This document shows positions 41,101 to 55,029 of a stretch of DNA of 64,000 bases, in pieces. The notes under the pieces were generated by a model, which did no database searches, was not told the origin of the DNA, and saw nothing but the letters and a program-made list of their open reading frames with translations. Numbering within the stretch: the first letter of the stretch is position 1; each line of letters opens with the position of its first letter. A program made the position numbers and the translations under genes. This DNA is from Auanema rhodensis (lineage: Eukaryota > Animalia > Nematoda): positions 16,554,001 through 16,618,000 of the forward strand of contig OZ059900.1 in NCBI GenBank assembly GCA_964057225.1, written 5' to 3'.

Positions 41101-44100
41101 CTGTTTTTAATTAACTTTCCTGTACGCGAGTTATAATATTTAGAACGTGATTCCTTGATTATGAAAAATTTTTAGAGCCTGCACTGATAATATAACTGGA
41201 AACAGGCAGTACGCGATACGCAAATATTTGAATGACAGCTTTATTACAATACGACTTAGTTTACTCAATTATATCAAGCTTCATGAACACGGACTGCTTG
41301 TGTAATATATAATAGCAATAATAGTTTCGTTTCTGTTTTTAATTAACTTTCCTGTACGCGAGTTATAATATTTAGAACGTGATTCCTTGATTATGAAAAA
41401 CTTTCAGAGCCTGCACTGATAATATAATTGGAAACAGGCAGTACGCAATACGCAAACATTTGAATGACAGCTTTATTACAATACGACTTAGTTTACTCAA
41501 TTATATCAAGCTTCATGAACACGGACTGCTTGTGTAATATATAATAGCAATAATAGTTTCGTTTCTGTTTTTAATTAACTTTCCTGTACGCGAGTTATAA
41601 TATTTAGAACGTGATTCCTTGATTATGAAAAACTTTCAGAGCCTGCACTGATAATATAATTGGAAACAGGCAGTACGCAATACGCAAACATTTGAATGAC
41701 AGCTTTATTACAATACGACTTAGTTTACTCAATCATACCAATCTTCATGAACACGGACTGTTTGTGTAATAGATAATAGCAATAATAGTTTCGTTTCTGT
41801 TTTTAATTAACTTTCCTGTACGCGAGTTATAATATTTAGAACGCGATTGCTTCATAATGAAAAATGTTTAGAGCCTGCACTGATAATATAACTGGCAACA
41901 GGCAATACGCAAACATTTGAATGACAGTTTTATTACAATACGACTTAGTTTACTCAATCATACCAATCTTCATGAACACGGACTGTTTGTGTAATAGATA
42001 ATAGCAATAATAGTTTCGTTTCTGTTTTTAATTAACTTTCCTGTACGCGAGTTATAATATTTAGAACGTGATTCCTTGATTATGAAAAATTTTTAGAGCC
42101 TGCACTGATAATATAACTGGAAACAGGCAGTACGCGATACGCAAATATTTGAATGACAGCTTTATTACAATACGACTTAGTTTACTCAATTATATCAAGC
42201 TTCATGAACACGGACTGCTTGTGTAATATATAATAGCAATAATAGTTTCGTTTCTGTTTTTAATTAACTTTCCTGTACGCGAGTTATAATATTTAGAACG
42301 TGATTCCTTGATTATGAAAAACTTTCAGAGCCTGCACTGATAATATAATTGGAAACAGGCAGTACGCAATACGCAAACATTTGAATGACAGCTTTATTAC
42401 AATACGACTTAGTTTACTCAATTATATCAAGCTTCATGAACACGGACTGCTTGTGTAATATATAATAGCAATAATAGTTTCGTTTCTGTTTTTAATTAAC
42501 TTTCCTGTACGCGAGTTATAATATTTAGAACGTGATTCCTTGATTATGAAAAACTTTCAGAGCCTGCACTGATAATATAATTGGAAACAGGCAGTACGCA
42601 ATACGCAAACATTTGAATGACAGCTTTATTACAATACGACTTAGTTTACTCAATCATACCAATCTTCATGAACACGGACTGTTTGTGTAATAGATAATAG
42701 CAATAATAGTTTCGTTTCTGTTTTTAATTAACTTACCTGTACGCGAGTTATAATATTTAGAACGCGATTCCTTGATAATGAAAAACTTTCAGAGCCTGCA
42801 CTGATAATATAATTGGAAACAGGCAGTACGCAATACGCAAACATTTGAATGACAGCTTTATTACAATACGACTTAGTTTACTCAATTATACCAAGCTTCA
42901 TGAACACGGACTGCTTGTGCAATAGATGATAGCAAGGATAGTTTCGTTTCTTTTTTTAATTAACTTTCCAGTACGCGAGTTATAATATTTAGAACGCGAT
43001 TCCTTGATAATGAAAAACTTTCAGAGCCTGCACTGATAATATAATTGGAAACAGGCAGTACGCAATACGCAAACATTTGAATGACAGCTTTATTACAATA
43101 CGACTTAGTTTACTCAATCATATCAAGCTTCATGAACACGGACTGTTTGTGCAATAGATGATAGCAAGGATAGTTTCGTTTCTTTTTTTAATTAACTTTC
43201 CAGTACGCGAGTTATAATATTTAGAACGCGATTCCTTGATAATGAAAAACTTTCAGAGCCTGCACTGATAATATAATTGGAAACAGGCAGTACGCAATAC
43301 GCAAACATTTGAATGACAGCTTTATTACAATACGACTTAGTTTACTCAATCATACCAATCTTCATGAACACGGACTGTTTGTGTAATAGATAATAGCAAT
43401 AATAGTTTCGTTTCTGTTTTTAATTAACTTTCCTGTACGCGAGTTATAATATTTAGAACGTGATTCCTTGATTATGAAAAATTTTTAGTGCCTGCACTGA
43501 TAATATAACTGGAAACAGGCAGTACGCGATACGCAAATATTTGAATGACAGCTTTATTACAATACGACTTAGCTTACTCAATCATATCAAGCTTCATGAA
43601 CAGGGACTGTTTGTGTAATAGATGATAGCAATGATAGTTTTGTTTCTTTTTTTAATTAACTTTCCAGTACGCGAGTTATCATATTTAGAACGCGATTGCT
43701 TCATAATGAAAAATGTTTAGAGCCTGCACTGATAATATAACTGGCAACAGGCAATACGCAAACATTTGAATGACAGCTTTATTACAATACGACTTAGTTT
43801 ACTCAATTATATCAAGCTTCATGAACACGGACTGTTTGTGTAATAGATAATAGCAATAATAGTTTCGTTTCTGTTTTTAATTAACTTTCCTGTACGCGAG
43901 TTATAATATTTAGAACGTGATTCCTTGATTATAAAAACTTTCAGAGCCTGCACTGATAATATAATTGGAAACAGGCAGTACGCAATACGCAAATATTTGA
44001 ATGACAGCTTTATTACAATACGACTTCGTTGACTTAGTTTACTCAATTATATCAAGCTTCATGAACAGGGACTGTTTGTGTAATAGATAATAGCAATAAT

Positions 44101-47100
44101 AGTTTCGTTTCTGTTTTTAATTAACTTTCCTGTACGCGAGTTATAATATTTAGAACGTGATTCCTTGATTATAAAAACTTTCAGAGCCTGCACTGATAAT
44201 ATAATTGGAAACAGGCAGTACGCAATACGCAAACATTTGAATGACAGCTTTATTACAATACGACTTAGTTTACTCAATCATACCAATCTTCATGAACACG
44301 GACTGTTTGTGTAATAGATAATAGCAATAATAGTTTCGTTTCTGTTTTTAATTAACTTTCCTGTACGCGAGTTATAATATTTAGAACGTGATTCCTTGAT
44401 TATAAAAACTTTCAGAGCCTGCACTGATAATATAATTGGAAACAGGCAGTACGCAATACGCAAATATTTGAATGACAGCTTTATTACAATACGACTTCGT
44501 TGACTTAGTTTACTCAATTATATCAAGCTTCATGAACAGGGACTGTTTGTGTAATAGATGATAGCAATGATAGTTTTGTTTCTTTTTTTAATTAACTTTC
44601 CAGTACGCGAGTTATCATATTTAGAACGCGATTGCTTCATAATGAAAAATGTTTAGAGCCTGCACTGATAATATAACTGGCAACAGGCAATACGCAAACA
44701 TTTGAATGACAGCTTTATTACAATACGACTTAGTTTACTCAATCATACCAATCTTCATGAACACGGACTGTTTGTGTAATAGATAATAGCAATAATAGTT
44801 TCGTTTCTGTTTTTAATTAACTTTCCTGTACGCGAGTTATAATATTTAGAACGTGATTCCTTGATTATGAAAAATTTTTAGAGCCTGCACTGATAATATA
44901 ACTGGAAACAGGCAGTACGCGATACGCAAATATTTGAATGACAGCTTTATTACAATACGACTTAGTTTACTCAATTATATCAAGCTTCATGAACACGGAC
45001 TGCTTGTGTAATATATAATAGCAATAATAGTTTCGTTTCTGTTTTTAATTAACTTTCCTGTACGCGAGTTATAATATTTAGAACGTGATTCCTTAATTAT
45101 GAAAAACTTTCAGAGCCTGCACTGATAATATAATTGGAAACAGGCAGTACGCAATACGCAAACATTTGAATGACAGCTTTATTACAATACGACTTAGTTT
45201 ACTCAATTATATCAAGCTTCATGAACACGGACTGCTTGTGTAATATATAATAGCAATAATAGTTTCGTTTCTGTTTTTAATTAACTTTCCTGTACGCGAG
45301 TTATAATATTTAGAACGTGATTCCTTGATTATGAAAAACTTTCAGAGCCTGCACTGATAATATAATTGGAAACAGGCAGTACGCAATACGCAAACATTTG
45401 AATGACAGCTTTATTACAATACGACTTAGTTTACTCAATCATACCAATCTTCATGAACACGGACTGTTTGTGTAATAGATAATAGCAATAATAGTTTCGT
45501 TTCTGTTTTTAATTAACTTTCCTGTACGCGAGTTATAATATTTAGAACGTGATTCCTTGATTATGAAAAAATTTTTAGAGCCTGCACTGATAATATAACT
45601 GGAAACAGGCAGTACGCGATACGCAAATATTTGAATGACAGCTTTAGTACAATACGACTTAGCTTACTCAATCATATCAAGCTTCATGAACAGGGACTGT
45701 TTGTGTAATAGATGATAGCAATGATAGTTTCGTTTCTTTTTTTAATTAACTTTCCAGTACGCGAGTTATCATATTTAGAACGCGATTGCTTCATAATGAA
45801 AAATGTTTAGAGCCTGCACTGATAATATAACTGGCAACAGGCAATACGCAAACATTTGAATGACAGCTTTATTACAATACGACTTAGTTTACTCAATCAT
45901 ACCAATCTTCATGAACACGGACTGTTTGTGTAATAGATAATAGCAATAATAGTTTCGTTTCTGTTTTTAATTAACTTTCCTGTACGCGAGTTATAATATT
46001 TAGAACGTGATTCCTTGATTATGAAAAAATTTTTAGAGCCTGCACTGATAATATAACTGGAAACAGGCAGTACGCGATACGCAAATATTTGAATGACAGC
46101 TTTAATACAATACGACTTAGCTTACTCAATCATATCAAGCTTCATGAACAGGGACTGTTTGTGTAATAGATGATAGCAATGATAGTTTCGTTTCTTTTTT
46201 TAATTAACTTTCCAGTACGCGAGTTATCATATTTAGAACGCGATTGCTTCATAATGAAAAATGTTTAGAGCCTGCACTGATAATATAACTGGCAACAGGC
46301 AATACGCAAACATTTGAATGACAGTTTTATTACAATACGACTTAGTTTACTCAATCATACCAATCTTCATGAACACGGACTGTTTGTGTAATAGATAATA
46401 GCAATAATAGTTTCGTTTCTGTTTTTAATTAACTTTCCTGTACGCGAGTTATAATATTTAGAACGTGATTCCTTGATTATGAAAAATTTTTAGAGCCTGC
46501 ACTGATAATATAACTGGAAACAGGCAGTACGCGATACGCAAATATTTGAATGACAGCTTTAATACAATACGACTTAGCTTACTCAATCATATCAAGCTTC
46601 ATGAACAGGGACTGCTTGTGTAATAGATGATAGCAATGATAGTTTCGTTTCTTTTTTTAATTAACTTTCCAGTACGCGAGTTATCATATTTAGAACGCGA
46701 TTGCTTCATAATGAAAAATGTTTAGAGCCTGCACTGATAATATAACTGGCAACAGGCAATACGCAAACATTTGAATGACAGCTTTATTACAATACGACTT
46801 AGTTTACTCAATAATATCAAGCTTCATGAACACGGACTGTTTGTGCAATAGATGATAGCAAGGATAGTTTCGTTTCTTTTTTTAATTAACTTTCCAGTAC
46901 GCGAGTTATAATATTTAGAACGCGATTCCTTGATAATGAAAAACTTTCAGAGCCTGCACTGATAATATAATTGGAAACAGGCAGTACGCAATACGCAAAC
47001 ATTTGAATGACAGCTTTATTACAATACGACTTAGTTTACTCAATTATATCAAGCTTCATGAACACGGACTGCTTGTGCAATAGATGATAGCAAGGATAGT

Positions 47101-50100
47101 TTCGTTTCTTTTTTTAATTAACTTTCCAGTACGCGAGTTATAATATTTAGAACGCGATTCCTTGATAATGAAAAACTTTCAGAGCCTGCACTGATAATAT
47201 AATTGGAAACAGGCAGTACGCAATACGCAAACATTTGAATGACAGCTTTATTACAATACGACTTAGTTTACTCAATCATAACAATCTTCATGAACACGGA
47301 CTGTTTGTGTAATAGATAATAGCAATAATAGTTTCGTTTCTGTTTTTAATTAACTTTCCTGTACGCGAGTTATAATATTTAGAACGTGATTCCTTGATTA
47401 TGAAAAATTTTTAGTGCCTGCACTGATAATATAACTGGAAACAGGCAGTACGCGATACGCAAATATTTGAATGACAGCTTTATTACAATACGACTTAGCT
47501 TACTCAATCATATCAAGCTTCATGAACAGGGACTGTTTGTGTAATAGATGATAGCAATGATAGTTTTGTTTCTTTTTTTAATTAACTTTCCAGTACGCGA
47601 GTTATCATATTTAGAACGCGATTGCTTCATAATGAAAAATGTTTAGAGCCTGCACTGATAATATAACTGGCAACAGGCAATACGCAAACATTTGAATGAC
47701 AGCTTTATTACAATACGACTTAGTTTACTCAATTATATCAAGCTTCATGAACACGGACTGCTTGTGCAATAGATGATAGCAATGATAGTTTTGTTTCTTT
47801 TTTTAATTAACTTTCCAGTACGCGAGTTATAATATTTAGAACGCGATTCCTTCATAATGAAAAATTTTTAGAGCCTGCACTGATAATATAACTGGAAACA
47901 GGCAATACTAAAACATTTGAATGACAGCTTTATTACAATACGACTTAGTTTACTCAATTATATCAAGCTTCATGAACACGGACTGCTTGTGCAATAGATG
48001 ATAGCAAGGATAGTTTCGTTTCTTTTTTTAATTAACTTTCCAGTACGCGAGTTATAATATTAAGAACGCGATTCCTTGATAATGAAAAACTTTCAGAGCC
48101 TGCACTGATAATATAACTGGAAACAGGCAGTACGCAATACGCAAATATTTGAATGACAGCTTTAATACAATACGACTTAGCTTACTCAATCATATCAAGC
48201 TTCATGAACAGGGACTGCTTGTGTAATAGATGATAGCAATGATAGTTTCGTTTCTTTTTTTAATTAACTTTCCAGTACGCGAGTTATCATATTTAGAACG
48301 CGATTGCTTCATAATGAAAAATGTTTAGAGCCTGCACTGATAATATAACTGGCAACAGGCAATACGCAAACATTTGAATGACAGCTTTATTACAATACGA
48401 CTTAGTTTACTCAATCATATCAAGCTTCATGAACACGGACTGTTTGTGTAATAGATAATAGCAATAATAGTTTCGTTTCTGTTTTTAATTAACTTTCCTG
48501 TACGCGAGTTATAATATTTAGAACGTGATTCCTTGATTATGAAAAATTTTTAGAGCCTGCACTGATAATATAACTGGAAACAGGCAGTACGCGATACGCA
48601 AATATTTGAATGACAGCTTTATTACAATACGACTTAGCTTACTCAATCATATCAAGCTTCATGAACAGGGACTGTTTGTGTAATAGATGATAGCAATGAT
48701 AGTTTTGTTTCTTTTTTTAATTAACTTTCCAGTACGCGAGTTATCATATTTAGAACGCGATTGCTTCATAATGAAAAATGTTTAGAGCCTGCACTGATAA
48801 TATAACTGGAAACAGGCAATACTAAAACATTTCAATGACAGCTTTATTACAATAGGACTTAGTTTACTCAATCATACCAATCTTCATGAACACGGACTGT
48901 TTGTGTAATAGATGATAGCAATGATAATTTCGTTTCTTTTTTCAATTAACTTTCCAGTACGCGAGTTATTATATTTAGAACGTGATTCCTTCATAATGAA
49001 AAATTTTTAGAGCCTGCACTGATAATATAACTGGAAACAGGCAATACTAAAACATTTGAATGACAGCTTTATTACAATACGACTTAGTTTACTCAATTAT
49101 ATCAAGCTTCATGAACACGGACTGCTTGTGTAATAGATGATAGCAAGGATAGTTTCGTTTCTTTTTTTAATTAACTTTCCAGTACGCGAGTTATAATATT
49201 TAGAACGCGATTCCTTGATAATGAAAAACTTTCAGAGCCTGCACTGATAATATAATTGGAAACAGGCAGTACGCAATACGCAAACATTTGAATGACAGCT
49301 TTATTACAATACGACTTAGTTTACTCAATCATATCAAGCTTCATGAACACGGACTGTTTGTGCAATAGATGATAGCAAGGATAGTTTCGTTTCTTTTTTT
49401 AATTAACTTTCCAGTACGCGAGTTATAATATTTAGAACGCGATTCCTTGATAATGAAAAACTTTCAGAGCCTGCACTGATAATATAATTGGAAACAGGCA
49501 GTACGCAATACGCAAACATTTGAATGACAGCTTTATTACAATACGACTTAGTTTACTCAATCATACCAATCTTCATGAACACGGACTGTTTGTGTAATAG
49601 ATAATAGCAATAATAGTTTCGTTTCTGGTTTTAATTAACTTTCCTGTACGCGAGTTATAATATTTAGAACGTGATTCCTTGATTATGAAAAATTTTTAGA
49701 GCCTGCACTGATAATATAACTGGAAACAGGCAGTACGCGATACGCAAATATTTGAATGACAGCTTTATTACAATACGACTTAGTTTACTCAATTATATCA
49801 AGCTTCATGAACACGGACTGCTTGTGTAATATATAATAGCAATAATAGTTTCGTTTCTGTTTTTAATTAACTTTCCTGTACGCGAGTTATAATATTTAGA
49901 ACGTGATTCCTTGATTATGAAAAACTTTCAGAGCCTGCACTGATAATATAATTGGAAACAGGCAGTACGCAATACGCAAACATTTGAATGACAGCTTTAA
50001 TACAATACGACTTAGCTTACTCAATCATATCAAGCTTCATGAACAGGGACTGTTTGTGTAATAGATGATAGCAATGATAGTTTTGTTTCTTTTTTTAATT

Positions 50101-52395
50101 AACTTTCCAGTACGCGAGTTATCATATTTAGAACGCGATTGCTTCATAATGAAAAATGTTTAGAGCCTGCACTGATAATATAACTGGCAACAGGCAATAC
50201 GCAAACATTTGAATGACAGCTTTATTACAATACGACTTAGTTTACTCAATCATACCAATCTTCATGAACACGGACTGTTTGTGTAATAGATAATAGCAAT
50301 AATAGTTTCGTTTCTGTTTTTAATTAACTTTCCTGTACGCGAGTTATAATATTTAGAACGTGATTCCTTGATTATGAAAAACTTTCAGAGCCTGCACTGA
50401 TAATAAAATTGGAAACAGGCAGTACGCAATACGCAAACATTTGAATGACAGCTTTATTACAATACGACTTAGTTTACTTAATTATATCAAGCTTCATGAA
50501 CACGGACTGCTTGTGTAATATATAATAGCAATAATAGTTTCGTTTCTGTTTTTAATTAACTTTCCTGTACGCGAGTTATAATATTTAGAACGTGATTCCT
50601 TGATTATGAAAAATTTTTAGAGCCTGCACTGATAATATAACTGGAAACAGGCAGTACGCGATACGCAAATATTTGAATGACAGCTTTAATACAATACGAC
50701 TTAGCTTACTCAATCATATCAAGCTTCATGAACAGGGACTGTTTGTGTAATAGATGATAGCAATGATAGTTTCGTTTCTTTTTTTAATTAACTTTCCAGT
50801 ACGCGAGTTATCATATTTAGAACGCGATTGCTTCATAATGAAAAATGTTTAGAGCCTGCACTGATAATATAACTGGCAACAGGCAATACGCAAACATTTG
50901 AATGACAGCTTTATTACAATACGACTTAGTTTACTCAATCATACCAATCTTCATGAACACGGACTGTTTGTGTAATAGATAATAGCAATAATAGTTTCGT
51001 TTCTGTTTTTAATTAACTTTCCTGTACGCGAGTTATAATATTTAGAACGTGATTCCTTGATTATGAAAAATTTTTAGAGCCTGCACTGATAATATAACTG
51101 GAAACAGGCAGTACGCGATACGCAAATATTTGAATGACAGCTTTAATACAATACGACTTAGCTTACTCAATCATATCAAGCTTCATGAACAGGGACTGCT
51201 TGTGTAATAGATGATAGCAATGATAGTTTCGTTTCTTTTTTTAATTAACTTTCCAGTACGCGAGTTATCATATTTAGAACGCGATTGCTTCATAATGAAA
51301 AATGTTTAGAGCCTGCACTGATAATATAACTGGCAACAGGCAATACGCAAACATTTGAATGACAGCTTTATTACAATACGACTTAGTTTACTCAATCATA
51401 TCAAGCTTCATGAACACGGACTGTTTGTGCAATAGATGATAGCAAGGATAGTTTCGTTTCTTTTTTTAATTAACTTTCCAGTACGCGAGTTATAATATTT
51501 AGAACGCGATTCCTTGATAATGAAAAACTTTCAGAGCCTGCACTGATAATATAATTGGAAACAGGCAGTACGCAATACGCAAACATTTGAATGACAGCTT
51601 TATTACAATACGACTTAGTTTACTCAATTATATCAAGCTTCATGAACACGGACTGCTTGTGCAATAGATGATAGCAAGGATAGTTTCGTTTCTTTTTTTA
51701 ATTAACTTTCCAGTACGCGAGTTATAATATTTAGAACGCGATTCCTTGATAATGAAAAACTTTCAGAGCCTGCACTGATAATATAATTGGAAACAGGCAG
51801 TACGCAATACGCAAACATTTGAATGACAGCTTTATTACAATACGACTTAGTTTACTCAATCATATCAAGCTTCATGAACACGGACTGTTTGTGCAATAGA
51901 TGATAGCAAGGATAGTTTCGTTTCTTTTTTTAATTAACTTTCCAGTACGCGAGTTATAATATTTAGAACGCGATTCCTTGATAATGAAAAACTTTCAGAG
52001 CCTGCACTGATAATATAATTGGAAACAGGCAGTACGCAATACGCAAACATTTGAATGACAGCTTTATTACAATACGACTTAGTTTACTCAATCATACCAA
52101 TCTTCATGAACACGGACTGTTTGTGTAATAGATAATAGCAATAATAGTTTCGTTTCTGTTTTTAATTAACTTTCCTGTACGCGAGTTATAATATTTAGAA
52201 CGTGATTCCTTGATTATGAAAAATTTTTAGAGCCTGCACTGATAATATAACTGGAAACAGGCAGTACGCGATACGCAAATATTTGAATGACAGCTTTATT
52301 ACAATACGACTTAGTTTACTCAATTATATCAAGCTTCATGAACACGGACTGCTTGTGTAATATATAATAGCAATAATAGTTTCGTTTCTGTTTTT

Positions 52396-52407
52396 CTCAT
52401 TTTTCAT
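52396..52407. other. SatB/inverted-SatA right junction, about 12-bp filler CTCATTTTTCAT
   Basis: The SatB match ends at ...TTCGTTTCTGTTTTT (52395) and the exact inverted SatA match starts at ACTCATGCAATG (52408). The intervening bases are not an exact continuation of either. Confidence 0.85.
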
Positions 52408-55029
52408 ACTCATGCAATGTCAATGAAACCTAGCTCAAAATTGTTCGTACAACGTCTAGTTCCACTTTCACGACAAAAAAACAAGGGTTAGAAAATTAAG
52501 GAAATTAGCATATTCTGAGGGCACGCCCCTTATGGCTAATATTGATTAAATCGATTTTTGTTCATATGAGTCGTCAAATGCAACGAATTTCAGCGTGTTA
52601 CAAACTAAAATGAAGCATTTTACATGCTGAACACTAGAAAAATACAAAAACACAGTATTTCCCATGAGAAATATTTTATTATGCTGGAAAACCAGTTTTT
52701 CGAAATTTCGCTGTAAACAAGGTTTTGACTTACGATTTCATGTGTTCAAACTCATGCAATGTCAATGAAACCTAGCTCAAAATTGTTCGTACAACGTCTA
52801 GTTCCACTTTCACGACAAAAAAACAAGGGTTAGAAAATTAAGGAAATTAGCATATTCTGAGGGCACGCCCCTTATGGCTAATATTGATTAAATCGATTTT
52901 TGTTCATATGAGTCGTCAAATGCAACGAATTTCAGCGTGTTACATACTAAAATGAAGCATTTTACATGCTGAACACTAGAAAAATACAAAAACACAGTAT
53001 TTCCCATGAGAATTATTTTATTATGCTGGAAAACCAGTTTTTGGAAATTTCGCTGTAAACAAGGTTTTGACTTACGATTTCATGTGTTCAAATTCATGCA
53101 ATGTCAATGAAACCTAGCTCAAAATTGTTCGTACAACGTCTAGTTCCACTTTCACGACAAAAAAACAGGGGTTAGAAAATTAAGGAAATTAGCATATTCT
53201 GAGGGCACGCCCCTTATGGCTAATATTGATTAAATCGATTTTTGTTCATATGAGTCGTCAAATGCAACGAATTTCAGCGTGTTATATACTAAAATGAAGC
53301 ATTTTACATGCTGAACACTAGAAAAATACAAAAACACAGTATTTCCCATGAGAAATATTTTATCATGCTGGAAAACCAGTTTTTGGAAATTTCGCTGTAA
53401 ACAAGGTTTTGACTTACGATTTCATGTGTTCAAACTCATGCAATGTCAATGAAACCTAGCTCAAAATTGTTTGTACAACGTCTAGTTCCACTTTCACGAC
53501 AAAAAAACAAGGGTTAGAAAATTAAGGAAATTAGCATATTCTGAGGGCACGCCCCTTATGGCTAATATTGATTAAATCGATTTTTGTTCATATGAGTCGT
53601 CAAATGCAACGAATTTCAGCGTGTTGCAAACTAAAATGAAGCACTTTACATGCTGAACACTAGAAAAATACAAAAACACAGTATTTCCCATGAGAAATAT
53701 TTTATTATGCTGGAAAACCAGTTTTTGGAAATTTCGCTGTAAACAAGGTTTTGACTTACGATTTCATGTGTTCAAACTCATGCAATGTCAATGAAACCTA
53801 GCTCAAAATTGTTTGTACAACGTCTAGTTCCACTTTCACGACAAAAAAACAGGGGTTAGAAAATTAAGGAAATTAGCATATTCTGAGGGCACGCCCCTTA
53901 TGGCTAATATTGATTAAATCGATTTTTGTTCATATGAGTCGTCAAATGCAACGAATTTCAGCGTGTTACATACTAAAATGAAGCATTTTACATGCTGAAC
54001 ACTAGAAAAATACAAAAACACAGTATTTCCCATGAGAAATATTTTATTATGCTGGAAAACCAGTTTTTGGAAATTTCGCTGTAAACAAGGTTTTGACTTA
54101 CGATTTCATGTGTTCAAACTCATGCAATGTCAATGAAACCTAGCTCAAAATTGTTCGTACAACGTCTAGTTCCACTTTCAATACAAAAAAACAGGGGTTA
54201 GAAAATTAAGGAAATTAGCATATTCTGAGGGCACGCCCCTTATGGCTAATATTGATTAAATCGATTTTTGTTCATATGAGTCGTCAAATGCAACGAATTT
54301 CAGCGTGTTACATACTAAAATGAAGCATTTTACATGCTGAACACTAGAAAAATACAAAAACACAGTATTTCCCATGAGAAATATTTTATCATGCTGGAAA
54401 ACCAGTTTTTGGAAATTTCGCTGTAAACAAGGTTTTGACTTACGATTTCATGTGTTCAAACTCATGCAATGTCAATGAAACCTAGCTCAAAATTGTTCGT
54501 ACAACGTCTAGTTCCACTTTCAATACAAAAAAACAGGGGTTAGAAAATTAAGGAAATTAGCATATTCTGAGGGCACGCCCCTTATGGCTAATATTGATTA
54601 AATCGATTTTTGTTCATATGAGTCGTCAAATGCAACGAATTTCAGCGTGTTACAAACTAAAATGAAGCATTTTACATGCTGAACACTAGAAAAATACAAA
54701 AACACAGTATTTCCCATGAGAAATATTTTATTATGCTGGAAAACCAGTTTTTGGAAATTTCGCTGTAAACAAGGTTTTGACTTACGATTTCATGTGTTCA
54801 AACTCATGCAATGTCAATGAAACCTAGCTCAAAATTGTTCGTACAACGTCTAGTTCCACTTTCACGACAAAAAAACAGGGGTTAGAAAATTAAGGAAATT
54901 AGCATATTCTGAGGGCACGCCCCTTATGGCTAATATTGATTAAATCGATTTTTGTTCATATGAGTCGTCAAATGCAACGAATTTCAGCGTGTTACAAACT
55001 AAAATGAAGCATTTTACATGCTGAACACT

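Larger units (their letters stand above)
20750..41700 (+). repeat. SatB about 10-kb tandem segmental duplication (offset 9935 bp, becoming 11553 bp after an internal 1618-bp duplication); ends approximate
   Basis: ORF-track positions recur at +9935 (20721/30656, 24399/34334) and then at +11553 (26939/38492, 27170/38723, 29031/40584). GATAATGTAA at 21321/31256; TTTAGTAC at 26216/36151/37769. Confidence 0.92.
8873..52395 (+). repeat. Satellite array SatB, 232-bp consensus monomer, about 188 head-to-tail copies with several subfamilies
   Basis: TTCAGAGCCTGCACTG at 8873, 9105, 9337 gives a period of 232. Length variants: 225 (7-bp deletion), 231 (1-bp deletion), 233 (extra A), 240 (231 plus a 9-bp duplication), 166 (66-bp deletion). 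Same orientation throughout. Confidence 0.98.

Noticed and set aside
20721-44517. 23 near-identical minus-strand ORFs (72/75 aa, MSKLS...SPCS) as a tandem small-protein gene family
   Set aside because: They start at TTG rather than ATG. They are open only in the minority of monomers with the 1-bp deletion (231/240 bp). There is only 12 bp between neighbours, containing a further in-frame stop, and I recognise no domain. They are by-products of the satellite sequence.
8873-52395. CRISPR-like or variable-cassette array
   Set aside because: There are no unique spacers and no cas or recombinase genes; the entire monomer repeats with only point variants and small indels.
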